Counted from the first letter of the whole stretch, positions 1 through 11,879 are shown. The stretch: 63,500 nucleotides of DNA, filler included, from Octopus bimaculoides (GCF_001194135.2; 7 parts of 7 records of this genome joined end to end with filler, not necessarily neighbours in it), one strand, 5' to 3'. Notes: generated from the letters alone by a model not told the origin. Numbers and translations are program-made.

Positions 1-39
1 TGTGTGTGTGTGTGTGTGTGTGTAATGTATATATATTCT

Positions 40-415
40 TTTATTCTTTTATTCCTGTGCTTGTTTCTGTCATTTCACCACAGCCATGCTGGAGCACCGC
101 TCTGAAGAGCTTTCAGTCAAACAAATCGAGCTGAGAGCTTCTATCTTAAGCCTAGTACTTATTTTATTGTTTCCTTTTGCTGAACTGTTAAGTTACAAGG
201 ACATAAACATACCAGCAATAGTTGTCAGGCAGTGAGGTAGATGAACAAACACAGACATAAACATACACACATATATACAAAGGGCTTCTTTCAGTTTCCA
301 TCTACTAAACCCATTCACAAGGCTCTAGTAGAAAACACTTGCCCAAGGTGCCACGCAGTGGGACTGAACCTGGAACCATGTGGTTGGGAAGCAAGCTACT
401 TACCACACAACCATA
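40..415 (-). mobile_element. tRNA-derived CORE-type SINE (family A), near full length
   Basis: Reverse complement reads a tRNA-like head (tggttgtgtggtaagtagcttgcttcccaaccacatggttccaggttcagtcccactgcgtggcaccttgggcaagtg), including the CORE-like 'accttgggcaagt' block. Body and tail are shared with 14423-14875, 33025-33410 and 56180-56565. Confidence 0.85.
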
Positions 416-421
416 TCTATG

Positions 422-480
422 TACAGGGTGCGGAGAATAAACTGTCATCTAAATTACGCAAAAATAAAAATAACACTGAC
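422..480 (+). mobile_element. Possible Tc1/mariner terminal inverted repeat remnant
   Basis: TA followed by CAGGGTG, a typical Tc1/mariner end. No partner TIR or transposase seen. Confidence 0.3.
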
Positions 481-799
481 ATCTCATTTTAACAGATATA
501 TTTACCAAAATTACATTAAAATATTTTCAAATACTAAAGAGTAAATTCATTCAATTGATTGCTTGACCAGTAAACTAAGCAAACAATGAATTAGTTGGTT
601 AGATACTTAACTAGTTGACTAACAAGAAAGAAGTGGTATTGAACCAGTGTGTGTGTTATTTTTGCTAGTCATTACCCATCATTACACTGCCGGGTAACGA
701 TCTAGTCAGGATGATCCTTCAGCAGAAACTTGTTACAATGATCACATTGATAGGCTTAACAACAACCTGTGTTTTATTTTCCTTGAAACAAAGTTTAAT

Positions 800-1038
800 A
801 CTCTCTCTTTCTCTCCTTTTCTCTCTCTCCTTCTCTCTCTCTCCCTCCCTCCCCCCTCTCTCTCTCTGGCCACATAACCATCTACCTCCTCCACAGCAAG
901 AGACCAGTTTCTCTCTCTCTCTCTTTCTCTCTCTCTCTTGCTGACTCTCTCTCTATCTCTATCTCTCTGTCTGTCTGTCTCTCTCTATCTGACTCTCTCT
1001 TCATCTCTCTGTCTCTCTCTCTCCCTCTCTCCCTCTCA

Positions 1039-1095
<57 letters not shown>
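800..1095. repeat. (CT)n/(CTGT)n microsatellite tract
   Basis: Directly visible. Confidence 0.95.
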
Positions 1096-1098
<3 letters not shown>

Positions 1099-1249
1099 GC
1101 CCAGATAACCATGTACCTCCTCTCTAGCAAGAGACCTGTCTCTGTCTCCCTGTCACACTTTAACCTTTCAACATCTGACACAAGATCCCCTCCTCCAATG
1201 CCCCCTCCCCTCTCAAAGGATCTTTGTCTTGCAAGTTACATGGTGACCC

Positions 1250-1534
1250 TTCCAGTGCTGGTGCCATGTGAAAAGCATCCAGTCCACCCTGTAAAGTGGT
1301 TGGCATTTGGAAGGGCACCCAGCTGTAAAAACCATGCCAAAACTGACCTCACCTGTGCCAATGCCACATAAAAAGTAATAAGTCCATTCTACTGAGTGGA
1401 TGGTGTTAGGGAAGGACATCCAACTGTATAAAAAAAACTATGCCAGGACAAACACAGAAGCCTGGTGCAATCTTCTAACTGACAAGCTCTTGTTGGACCA
1501 TCTAACCCATGCCAGCATGAAGAGAGAACGTTAA

Positions 1535-1587
<53 letters not shown>
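1250..1587 (+). mobile_element. SINE/LINE 3' tail with (ATG)n end (family C, RTE-type tail)
   Basis: gtggttggcatttggaagggcacccagctgtaaaaaccatgcc...aacccatgccagcatgaagagagaacgttaaatgatgatg. The same tail occurs at 6983-7060 (-), 8690-8835 (-) and 9485-9665 (+). Confidence 0.8.
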
Positions 1588-1719
1588 ATGTGTGTGTATG
1601 TATATATGTATATGTGTGTGTGTATCGATATGTATGTATGTGTATATATATATTTATATTTATGAAGTGTGTGTGTGTGTCTGTCTGTTCATGTGTGTGT
1701 GTATGTATGTACATGTATA

Positions 1720-1738
1720 CATATATACATATATATAT

Positions 1739-1815
<77 letters not shown>
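1720..1815. repeat. (TA)n microsatellite
   Basis: Directly visible; explains the YIYIYI ORFs. Confidence 0.95.
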
Positions 1816-1817
<2 letters not shown>

Positions 1818-1859
1818 TACATGTGTGGGCGTGTCAGTGATAAGTAATAGGTATGTAGG

Positions 1860-1891
<32 letters not shown>

Positions 1892-2091
1892 ATTGATAGC
1901 TTAGAATACGATTAAAAAATTCCATTGGGAGCAAGATTTAAAACGTGACTTGATCCATTAAAAAACATATGGACATCATTATACATCTCTGATATCATGC
2001 TTAGGCATGCAAAGCTGAAATATGCTCCAGCTAGGCCACAGCTAAGTAACTAGACACTGAACTAAAGAGTTAAGTGCTAAAATAAAATAAA

Positions 2092-2366
2092 TATTGGGTC
2101 ATCCCATAAATAATGCAGTTGTTTTATACTTCTTTCATTTTGAAAAATTAAGATAAAGTTCTTTTTTAATCTAAAATATACTCTCCTTCATTTTCTATGA
2201 TGCTCTTCCACCTATCTGGTAGACTTGCAAGGTTCCTCTTCCAAAATTCACTTGTCCATGACAAAAAATACTCTTCCATTACTGTTCTGACCTCATCTAC
2301 AGAATTCATATTTTTTTCCATCCAAATGATTTTGAAGTCTTGCGGAATAAATGATAATCAGATAGG
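2092..2366 (-). mobile_element. Mariner transposon 3' end (transposase C-terminus plus TIR), decayed
   Basis: Minus strand reads SDYHLF...FWKRNLASLPDRWKSIIENEGEYILD* (mariner DYHLF motif and typical C-terminus). It ends in TIR ...atttatgggatgacccaa followed by TA. Confidence 0.85.
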
Positions 2367-2945
2367 TTGTCTTGTAGGAACTCCCAGTTGTCCCCTATAT
2401 TGCAAGCCTGTAACTCCTCCTCCTTCTCATCAAAAGCTTTGGTTAGGAAGTCCCTAAACCTCTGATTATTCAAAGGATCTTTAAGCTTCCAGATCTTTCT
2501 TTTTCAAACTGGCTTACTTCTTGGGTTCCTTCGTGTGGCTTGAAATCACTAATGAGTAATCTATATTGAGGGGTCATTCTTCACCAGGGAAGGCCTTTGT
2601 ATTTAAGAGCAACCAAGAACCCCTTTTTCTGATGAGAATATAGAGAATCTGACTAGAACGGTTACCAGATTTATAGGTTATCAAGTGACTGGTAGCTTTC
2701 TGAAGATGGCGTTGCAGATCATTAGGTTATTTGCATCACTGAAATCCAGCAACCTTGTTCCCTCCTTGTTTTGGAACCAATTCCATGGCTTCCATGTATT
2801 CCATGAAAAACACCTGGGAGCTGCCCAACATGTCCATTGAAATCACCAGCCACAAAGATAAGGTCACTGTCATTTATCTTCAAAGTGGCCTATCCCTCTG
2901 CAGACCATGTCAAACCAGTGTGGTGGAGTAGGTTCATCAAACCAG
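2367..2945 (-). mobile_element. RTE-clade LINE fragment, AP-endonuclease region, decayed
   Basis: Minus strand reads DLIFVAGDFNGHVGQLPGVFHGIHGSHGIG...NNLMICNAIFRK...HLITYKSGN...KIWKLKDP, typical RTE endonuclease motifs, with frameshifts. Confidence 0.88.
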
Positions 2946-3559
2946 AATAATCTCAAGTTCTAATTCATGGCCTCCACATCAGACTTTTGTTGGTGGAGAG
3001 AATAAGAGTGATTTCTTTATTACCCACAAGGGGCAAACATAGAGGGGACAACACAAAACGTGTGGGAACAAAAACAAATGAAAGAAAAATGAAATGAAAA
3101 TGAAAAGGTGAATGAAGCCTTTCGGCCACACCTCNNNNNNNNNNNNNNNNNNNNNNNNNNNNNNNNNNNNNNNNNNNNNNNNNNNNNNNNNNNNNNNNNN
3201 NNNNNNNNNNNNNNNNNNNNNNNNNNNNNNNNNNNNNNNNNNNNNNNNNNNNNNNNNNNNNNNNNNNNNNNNNNNNNNNNNNNNNNNNNNNNNNNNNNNN
3301 NNNNNNNNNNNNNNNNNNNNNNNNNNNNNNNNNNNNNNNNNNNNNNNNNNNNNNNNNNNNNNNNNNNNNNNNNNNNNNNNNNNNNNNNNNNNNNNNNNNN
3401 NNNNNNNNNNNNNNNNNNNNNNNNNNNNNNNNNNNNNNNNNNNNNNNNNNNNNNNNNNNNNNNNNNNNNNNNNNNNNNNNNNNNNNNNNNNNNNNNNNNN
3501 NNNNNNNNGACACTTTCCCAAGGTGTATCTATCTATCTATCTATCTATCTATACACACA

Positions 3560-3591
<32 letters not shown>

Positions 3592-3592
3592 T

Positions 3593-3753
3593 CATGCTTC
3601 CATACAATTTCCATCTACCAAATCACTTATAAGGTATTGGTCAGCCCAGTGCTATGGTAGAAGGCTCTCACCCAAGGTGCCACACAGTGGGACTGAACCC
3701 AAAATCATGTAGTTGCAAAGCAAGTGAGTCTTAACCACACAGCCATACCTGTG
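3593..3753 (-). mobile_element. Family A SINE head
   Basis: cccaaggtgccacacagtgggactgaaccc...ttaaccacacagccatacc matches the family A head on the minus strand. Confidence 0.8.
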
Positions 3754-3792
3754 CCTATATATGTGTGTCTGTGCATATGTCTACATTTGTAT

Positions 3793-3826
<34 letters not shown>

Positions 3827-4206
3827 ATGCACATACATATACACATGCAGAAGGAACATGTATATACGCATATATATCTATGAATGGTGGTGTACGTGTT
3901 TGTCTTTATATATTTATATGTGTAATTATGAAAACCATTGTTGTTGATGTTGTTGCTGCTGGTTCCTTGTATAGATTTTATCATATTGATGCGCAAACTC
4001 GTTCGGTCGGACATAAAAAAACATGGGCAAGAATACACATGCATGTAGTTCAAGGTAAACGGATTGAATTCAAATGATTTAAACATGGAGACACATATAT
4101 CATTATGGCATACATACATGGTTGCTTAAATATATACACACATACATATAAGGATTTACTTTTCATAATGAGATAAAAAAAAACAAGGCTGTGTATATTT
4201 ATAAAT

Positions 4207-4255
4207 GGAGGCGCAATGGCCCAGCGGTTAGGGCAGCGGACTTGCAGTCATAGGA
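4207..4255 (+). mobile_element. tRNA-derived SINE head (family D), cut by gap
   Basis: ggaggcgcaatggcccagcggttagggcagcggact matches the reverse complement of 40150-40200 and 14350-14393. Confidence 0.75.
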
Positions 4256-4299
4256 NNNNNNNNNNNNNNNNNNNNNNNNNNNNNNNNNNNNNNNNNNNN

Positions 4300-4311
4300 T
4301 TAATTAATTAA
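4300..4311. other. Assembly gap marker TTAATTAATTAA inside 44N+12+44N (also 11925, 15049, 38812, 55324, 61762)
   Basis: An identical palindromic 12-mer with stops in all six frames sits centred in 100-bp gaps; scaffolding artefact. Confidence 0.92.
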
Positions 4312-4679
4312 NNNNNNNNNNNNNNNNNNNNNNNNNNNNNNNNNNNNNNNNNNNNAAAATAATGTAAGGGAGGTAATTCAGGCAAGCTTTGTAATTCATT
4401 GAAAACAAGAAAGCAGCAAGGGTGGTGCTTTTAAAGAGTTCACTTTGCGAAACGTGGCACGGCGGAGCCCGATGGAACTGAGAGACCGACACTTTGGACA
4501 AATTTCTTCTAACATGACTGAAGCTGTAAAGACTTTTCAGATAATTTCATAGAGTATCTTCACCGCGAAAACCAGCTGGATGCATTTCGGACCCGCATCT
4601 CTCTCTCTCTCTCCGTCTTTCGTCTCTTCTTCAGTCTCTCCATCCCTCTCATTCTCCCCCTCTCTATCTCGATCACTTA

Positions 4680-4880
4680 GCTTTTACATATTTCAGTCAT
4701 TGCACTACGGCCAAGCTGGGGCACCGCTTTGAGGTGTTCCATCGAACAAATCGACCCCCAAATAATATTTTTAATCCTCTTAGTTATTCTCTCTTAATAT
4801 ATTACCGAACCGCTAGGTTTCCCGGACGTAAACCCAAGATCGCTGGTCAAGCGGTGGTGCAGGACAGACATAAACTCTTG
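4680..4880 (-). mobile_element. Family A SINE tail
   Basis: cagtcattgcactacggccaagctggggcaccgc...accgaaccgctaggt...gtcaagcggtggtg matches the family A 3' half. Confidence 0.75.
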
Positions 4881-4894
4881 GACAGTGCTCCAAA

Positions 4895-5050
4895 ACCTTT
4901 TTCACTTGCGGCACACTTGTATTCCTTTCGAAATTCGGCGGCACAGCTTAACTAAAAATAAAAATAAAGTAAAGGGAAAAAAAATTATATTCAGGCTACA
5001 CTGCGGCACAGCAATGCCACGCGGCACACCAGTTTCGGATCTATGCTCTA
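4895..5050. mobile_element. hAT-type MITE terminal fragment
   Basis: Repeated gcggcaca motif ending ...gccacgcggcacaccagtttcggatctatgctcta, resembling hAT/Charlie-like MITE termini. Confidence 0.45.
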
Positions 5051-6524
5051 GAACACACACACACATATATCTATGAGCTGATACATAATTCCTGTCTACC
5101 AACTCCATTCACAAGGCTTTTGTAGGCCCAGGGCAATGATAAAAGAAACTTACCCAGGCTGCCTCGTAGTGGAATTGAACCCAAAACCAAATTATATTCA
5201 AACGGGTTGAAGCTAAGGAATACTTATCTCTTTTTAGCGTTTTATTACCGTCTCGTGATTACCGTCCGTGTTCATAACTATAATATAGAATTCTATATTT
5301 AATTCTGTTATATATACAAGAAACACAGAAGAAGAATAAATTGCAGACAAGACACTCTTCCTTAATAAACGTCCCTGGATCTCTTCATAGTATTACACTA
5401 AAAGTTACATCAGATACAATTTGCGATTAAATACGGTTTAGGGATTGTAAAGGGAAGTAAGCAAAAACTTATATATGACGAGTTACCTCCCATGGAATTT
5501 GTGCCGCTCAATCTTCAAAGCGACCGCTCGAGTCGTCGAAATAAGGCCCAAATGTCACTTAAAATAAAGAGAAGCATTAAAGAAAGCAATTCTCGACGAA
5601 TTTAAGAGAGTAGAATAGTGACCGCTGAAATAAAAGAGAGAGCGGTGCACTGGAACTGAACGAAAACAGCAAAAATTCTGTGACGTGTACATAATTGAAG
5701 AAGAGCGTCCGACGTGGTATGTGTGTGCGTATGTATACCTGTGTGTGTGTGCGTGTAGATCCGATAGGGAGTAAATTGAACAATTCTTGAAGCTGATTGT
5801 TTCTCGGCGTCAAATGACAGGCTAGAAACAATAGTAAAATATCCCTCGAATGACTCTCAAAATTGGAAGGACACATTCAAAGGTACCGTCTGAGATGGCC
5901 GTCAAAGAGACGGTATGAACATAGTAGTAACATATTTGATCAATTGTTTGCTCCATAAGATGCGATATAGCTGAGGAAAATTAATTCCAGCCATGAAGGC
6001 TCCCTCCTTTTACAGTGGTGTATAAATATCATTTTATGTAATGTGTCCTTCCTCTTGGTTGATTGGCATTCTTGTGGAGACTTGCTGCTAGTTCTAGCAT
6101 CTCTAACGACCACATAAAAGCTGCTGTGTATAAACGACACAGATCTAAAGGAAGTAACTCATATCTAACCGCAGAAGATTCTTGGTTAACCTCCCTTTAA
6201 AACATACTCGTTAATTTATCGCAGTTTTTTGGCGACTGTTTTAAAATTATATGAGAAAACTAAAAGGGCTTGTCCCGAAGGAATGTCTATACCCCAGACG
6301 AATCCCTCCCTGTATTCATATCAATATAGAGCATTGTACGAAACATGGAATATCCACAAAATATATTCAATAGGGTTAGAGAAGAAAACTGTCAAGGGAG
6401 GTAATCCCTTGGTAACCTGCTTCTCTGTCGGAAATGACGACGGAAAAGGATGAAGCAAAACATACGTGCGCGCACGCATGCACACACACATACGCACACT
6501 TCCTCTGTTTCTATCTCTCTCTTT

Positions 6525-6702
6525 CATTCTTTTACTCTTTTACTTGTTTCAGTAATTAGACTGCGGCCATGCTGGGGCACACCTTTCAACAAATTTGGTC
6601 GAATGAATCGACGCCCAGTACATTTTTTTTTTTGTTTTAAAGCCTAGAACTCATTCTCTCGGTCTCTTTTGCTGAACTGCTAGGTTACGGGGACGTGAAC
6701 AC
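6525..6702 (-). mobile_element. Family A SINE tail, cut by gap
   Basis: ttacttgtttcagtaattagactgcggccatgctggggcac...gctgaactgctaggttacggggacgtgaacac. Confidence 0.8.
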
Positions 6703-6936
6703 NNNNNNNNNNNNNNNNNNNNNNNNNNNNNNNNNNNNNNNNNNNNNNNNNNNNNNNNNNNNNNNNNNNNNNNNNNNNNNNNNNNNNNNNNNNNNNNNNN
6801 NNNNNNNNNNNNNNNNNNNNNNNNNNNNNNNNNNNNNNNNNNNNNNNNNNNNNNNNNNNNNNNNNNNNNNNNNNNNNNNNNNNNNNNNNNNNNNNNNNNN
6901 NNNNNNNNNNNNNNNNNNNNNNNNNNNNNNNNNNNN

Positions 6937-6987
<51 letters not shown>

Positions 6988-7060
6988 CATCATCGTTTAA
7001 CGTCCACTTTCCAAGCCAGCATGGGTTGGATGATTTGACTGAGGACTGGCGAACCAGACC

Positions 7061-7365
7061 AGGTGTGGAAGCAAGGTCTAGAATTGAAGAGCCTTCAAGT
7101 TAACCAAGCAAAAACCAAAGCCTTAGTAAATAGGAGGGCAGACAAAATGCAATTCCCTCCAGGGAGATGACCCTGCTTGATCTGTAGAAAAGGTGTAGGT
7201 AGAAACTGCATAAGATGCACCTAGTGTAAACTTAGGACACATAAAAGGTGCAGCAATATCAGAAGAAGGTTAACAGGGAAAGTAACTTTTGTATGTGGAA
7301 GATGCACAGGTACAATAAATGTGGAAAATGTGCAGAAAATAAATTCTATCAACTACCAGGGACCA
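7061..7365 (+). mobile_element. RTE-clade LINE fragment (end of RT plus Cys/His finger), two in-frame stops
   Basis: Reads VWKQGLELKSLQVNQAKTKALV...GR*PCLICRKGVGRNCIRCT*CKLRTHKRCSNIRRRLTGKVTFVCGRCTG. Confidence 0.8.
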
Positions 7366-7847
7366 TCATCCATCTTTCTTTTCCTGCATAACATTCTAAG
7401 GACTATCTCTCTCTTCTTTGTTTTCTCTTTTCAAAGAAAATATTTCTCCTAGCATTCACTATTTTCCTCTTGTTCTGGTCTAACGACCCTTCATGTTTGT
7501 TTTCATTTGGTTTCCCTGTCCTGTTTTTGTTCCCAACTTTGACCCCTCATAACTCCAAAATCTTATTTTGGTATCTATAGGAGCAACTGTCTTCGAAGAT
7601 TCGTATTGTCGTTGAATACTCGAAATGAGGAGTAAATAGACAGCCAACAACTGATGAAGGGTCATTTCTCTGTATTTACTTGTCCTGTTTTCCATTTTTT
7701 TTTCTCTTGTTGTTTGCGTATTTAACTCGTTTATTATCGTACTTCATGTTGTTTACACAGTTGGTGACGTCCTGTACCCATATATGCAAATATATATATA
7801 TATTCATATATATATATATACATACACACTCACATACGCACACACAT

Positions 7848-7889
<42 letters not shown>

Positions 7890-8689
7890 AGAGGAGATAA
7901 TGACAGCCAGGCAGTCAGTCAGCCGTCCAGCCAGGCAGCCAGCCAGCCGTCCAGCCAGGCAGCCAGCCAGCCAACCAGACGAACAGACTGACAGGCAGAC
8001 AGCCGGACAGACTGACATGGAGACAAAGAAACAATGTTGTTAGTTCAACCTTCATGTCTGTCTGTGTGTCTGCAGAGACAGAAAGATATTGTGGTACCCA
8101 CACCCACACCAATCCTGACTCCCCCTTCACACCCCAACCCACCGGCACACACACACACACATACTGACATACACACATGCAATAACAGAGACACGCACAC
8201 ATCCTCTTGCATACACATGCACACATATACATAACCCCTTCACACACACTCACACTTAGATACATACACACACATATGTACAAATATGACACCTTCTCCC
8301 CCCCCACACACACACACATTCATGACCCAACCCACTAACACACACACACATATCTCCCTCTACACCCACACACAGCCCACATAGGAAGACACAGATGCAC
8401 AGACAGGTTTATTCAGTCGCTAGTCTGGTTTTAGAGATAGAGAGAGAGGGAAAGAGAGAGAGAAANNNNNNNNNNNNNNNNNNNNNNNNNNNNNNNNNNN
8501 NNNNNNNNNNNNNNNNNNNNNNNNNNNNNNNNNNNNNNNNNNNNNNNNNNNNNNNNNNNNNNNNNNNNNNNNNNNNNNNNNNNNNNNNNNNNNNNNNNNN
8601 NNNNNNNNNNNNNNNNNNNNNNNNNNNNNNNNNNNNNNNNNNNNNNNNNNNNNNNNNNNNNNNNNNNNNNNNNNNNNATATATATCATC

Positions 8690-8835
8690 ATCATCATCGT
8701 TTAATGTCCGCTTTCCATGCTAGCATGGGTTGGACGATTTGACTGAGTACCGGTGAACCAGGTGGTTACACCAGGCTCCAATCTGATCTGGCAGAGTTTC
8801 TACAGCTGGATGCCCTTCCTAACGCCAACCACATA
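8690..8835 (-). mobile_element. Family C SINE tail
   Basis: catcatcatcgtttaatgtccgctttccatgctagcatgggttgg...tttctacagctggatgcccttcctaacgccaacc. Confidence 0.82.
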
Positions 8836-9484
8836 CTGTGTTCTGTAACAATTCAGATCATATCTTATATGGTGGTAATAGCAATACCAAACATATGGAA
8901 AGATTACCACAGAAATGTTGGATTAGTTTGTATATTTCGGGTAAAACAATCCTTTGCAAAGGTCATAACGAAAACAAGAGGAAAATATGTCCGTTAGCTA
9001 GGAATGTCAGTTCTATTTATAGATTCTTTTTACTTCTGTTTTTCTGTGCTGGCATGTTTTGGATGAGTATTTATTTAAGGCAGTTTTCTTATGGCCAGAT
9101 GCCCCACTTGTTTCCCATATGACTTGTCTTTGAAAGTGTAGAGTTACAGGATGTGTTAAACATGACATCATCTGGGCAAAACAAGGGTTTTGCCCAGATG
9201 ATGTCATGCGATGATATGAAATATCACACACATGCAGAGGCCCACACACATGTATGGTGGGTTTCCATACAGTTGGTACCAGCCAAATCCACTTGTGAGT
9301 CATCGGTTGGCCCAGGACTGCTTTAGAAAACACCTACCCCCTATACACAGTAACATGCAGTGGGATCGAACACAAGACAAAGTGGGACCTCGTATCCACA
9401 CAGCCATGTTTGCATCTCAAATTCCATACACACAACACGCACACACACATACACACCCACACATATCCGTCTATGGAAAAAAAG

Positions 9485-9665
9485 CCCCAGTTCTCTCTCT
9501 TAAGTGGTTGGCATTAGGAAGGGCATTCAGCTAAAGAAACCATGCCAGAGCAGACGTTGGTTCTTGGTGCAGTCCTCTGGGTTGTCGGCTGCTGTTGAAC
9601 CATCCAATCCATGACTGTAGGGAAAACAGACATTAAACAACTATGATGATGATGATGATGATGAT
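9485..9665 (+). mobile_element. Family C SINE tail
   Basis: gtggttggcattaggaagggcattcagctaaagaaaccatgcc...ccatccaatccatgactgtagggaaaacagacattaaac followed by (ATG)n. Confidence 0.78.
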
Positions 9666-9754
9666 GGGTGGTGGTGGTGGTGGTGCTGCTGATGACGATG
9701 ATGGAGCAGAAGGAAATGTTAAGATGAAATAGTTTTACTTTGGAGACTTTCTTT

Positions 9755-9779
9755 CCAACTTGTAAACTCTCCCTCTCTT

Positions 9780-9816
<37 letters not shown>

Positions 9817-10830
9817 CTTCTCATCATTTTTCCATTTCATTTTCCCGTTTTCACTTCTTTTATTTATAATTTCAACCATTATCACCACCATCCTCCTCCT
9901 CCTCCTCATCATCATCATCATCTCTTTTTCTCTCTCTCCCTTCTCTCTCTCTCTCTCTCTCTGTATTCTCTCCTTTTATCATCCCTCCCACCTCCACTCT
10001 CCCTCTCTCTCTATATATACACACACACACATATATATATCAATATTTCTTTCTCCATAATTTATTAACCCCCACCTCACTCTTTTCCTACTCCCACCTT
10101 TCCCCCTCTCTATCAACCTGTCTTCTTTTCCCCTCCAACTTTCTCCCCCATCTTAACTGCTTCCTATCTTCCTCTTTCTTTCTCACTCAGTTTTCCTTCT
10201 TCTCTCTCTCTCTCTCTCACTTTCTCCCTCTTCCATTCCTATTCTTTCTCTTTATCTTCTGCTTTTCTCCAGTTTCTCTTGCTCATTACCCCCCCATCAC
10301 CACCACCACTCTCCTTGACATTCTCTCTCTTGTCTTTCTTCACTAATTTCCCCATTTTTCTATGTTTCTCTCTCTCTCTCCCTCTTTCTCTCTCCCTCTT
10401 TCTCTCTCTCTTTTACTCTCACTCTTTCTCCCTCTTATTCCCACTTCTCTTGTCCATCATCTTCTCTCTCTAGCTCTCTCTTCCACCATGTTTCCCTTTC
10501 TCTCTTACTACCTCTGTCTGTCTCTCTCTCTCTTTACACTCACTCCCTCCCACTCACTCACTCACACATTCCCTTCTCCTTCTCTGTCTCCTTCCCTCTT
10601 TCTTTCTACATAAATACGTACACTCCCTCTCCTTTTCTCTCTCTCACTCTCTCTCTCTTTCTCACTCCAGACACACACGCACATTCTCTCTCTCTCTCTC
10701 TCCTCCTCTATCATACTCTGTCTACCTCTCCACACCCACCTCCCCCCTGTTTCAAGCACATCACCAACATGATCACCTCCACCCACCACCACCACCACCA
10801 CCACCACCACTACATACCACACCACATCAT
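9755..10830. repeat. Degenerate polypyrimidine (CT)-rich low-complexity tract ending in (CAC)n
   Basis: Directly visible. Confidence 0.9.
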
Positions 10831-11810
10831 ACCACTNNNNNNNNNNNNNNNNNNNNNNNNNNNNNNNNNNNNNNNNNNNNNNNNNNNNNNNNNNNNNNNN
10901 NNNNNNNNNNNNNNNNNNNNNNNNNNNNNNNNNNNNNNNNNNNNNNNNNNNNNNNNNNNNNNNNNNNNNNNNNNNNNNNNNNNNNNNNNNNNNNNNNNNN
11001 NNNNNNNNNNNNNNNNNNNNNNNNNNNNNNNNNNNNNNNNNNNNNNNNNNNNNNNNNNNNNNNNNNNNNNNNNNNNNNNNNNNNNNNNNNNNNNNNNNNN
11101 NNNNNNNNNNNNNNNNNNNNNNNNNNNNNNNNNNNNNNNNNNNNNNNNNNNNNNNNNNNNNNNNNNNNNNNNNNNNNNNNNNNNNNNNNNNNNNNNNNNN
11201 NNNNNNNNNNNNNNNNNNNNNNNNNNNNNNNNNNNNNNNNNNNNNNNNNNNNNNNNNNNNNNNACCACCACCATTGCAACTAGCTACCAACATCACTACC
11301 ACCACCACTACCACTATCCCTACATGTTACCACCAAAACAACCACGCACACGCACACTGCCATCGCCACCGCCACATCCACCCCACCGCCACCACCTTAT
11401 ACCACGTCGACCTCCATTCCTCCCTCCCCGCTCAAGACCTCATTTCACCGACATACTGACAACAACAATGAAGCCACCCCCTCCGTGCACGCACACATAC
11501 ACATACAGACATAAACGGACACACAAATATATATAGCTAGGCATACACATACACACACACATCCAAAAACTTGTATGCGTGTATATGTGTGTGTTTTATA
11601 CTATAGTCTGTATATCTGTGCATCTGTGTGTGTATATACACACACACAAACACACACACACACATATTAAAACAAGTGTACATTCCAAACACAAACAAAA
11701 TAGAGATATATCAAGACAGACTCACACACACACACACTGGTACACACTGAAAAATAGACAAACACACCTTTGCAGACACAAATACACCTATCTATATATA
11801 TATATACATA

Positions 11811-11879
<69 letters not shown>

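Noticed and set aside
1915-1980. Possible Tc1 'DLNPIENIW' remnant (cttgatccattaaaaaacatatgg)
   Set aside because: Too short and degenerate to support.
4256-4355. Palindromic TTAATTAATTAA recurring six times
   Set aside because: Always centred in 44N+44N gaps; an assembler spacer, not biology.
4575-4640. Minus-strand CUGAAGA...GAAA-UGCA-UC hammerhead-like match
   Set aside because: Neither stem I nor stem II pairs, and the spacer is a (GA)n tract; likely chance.
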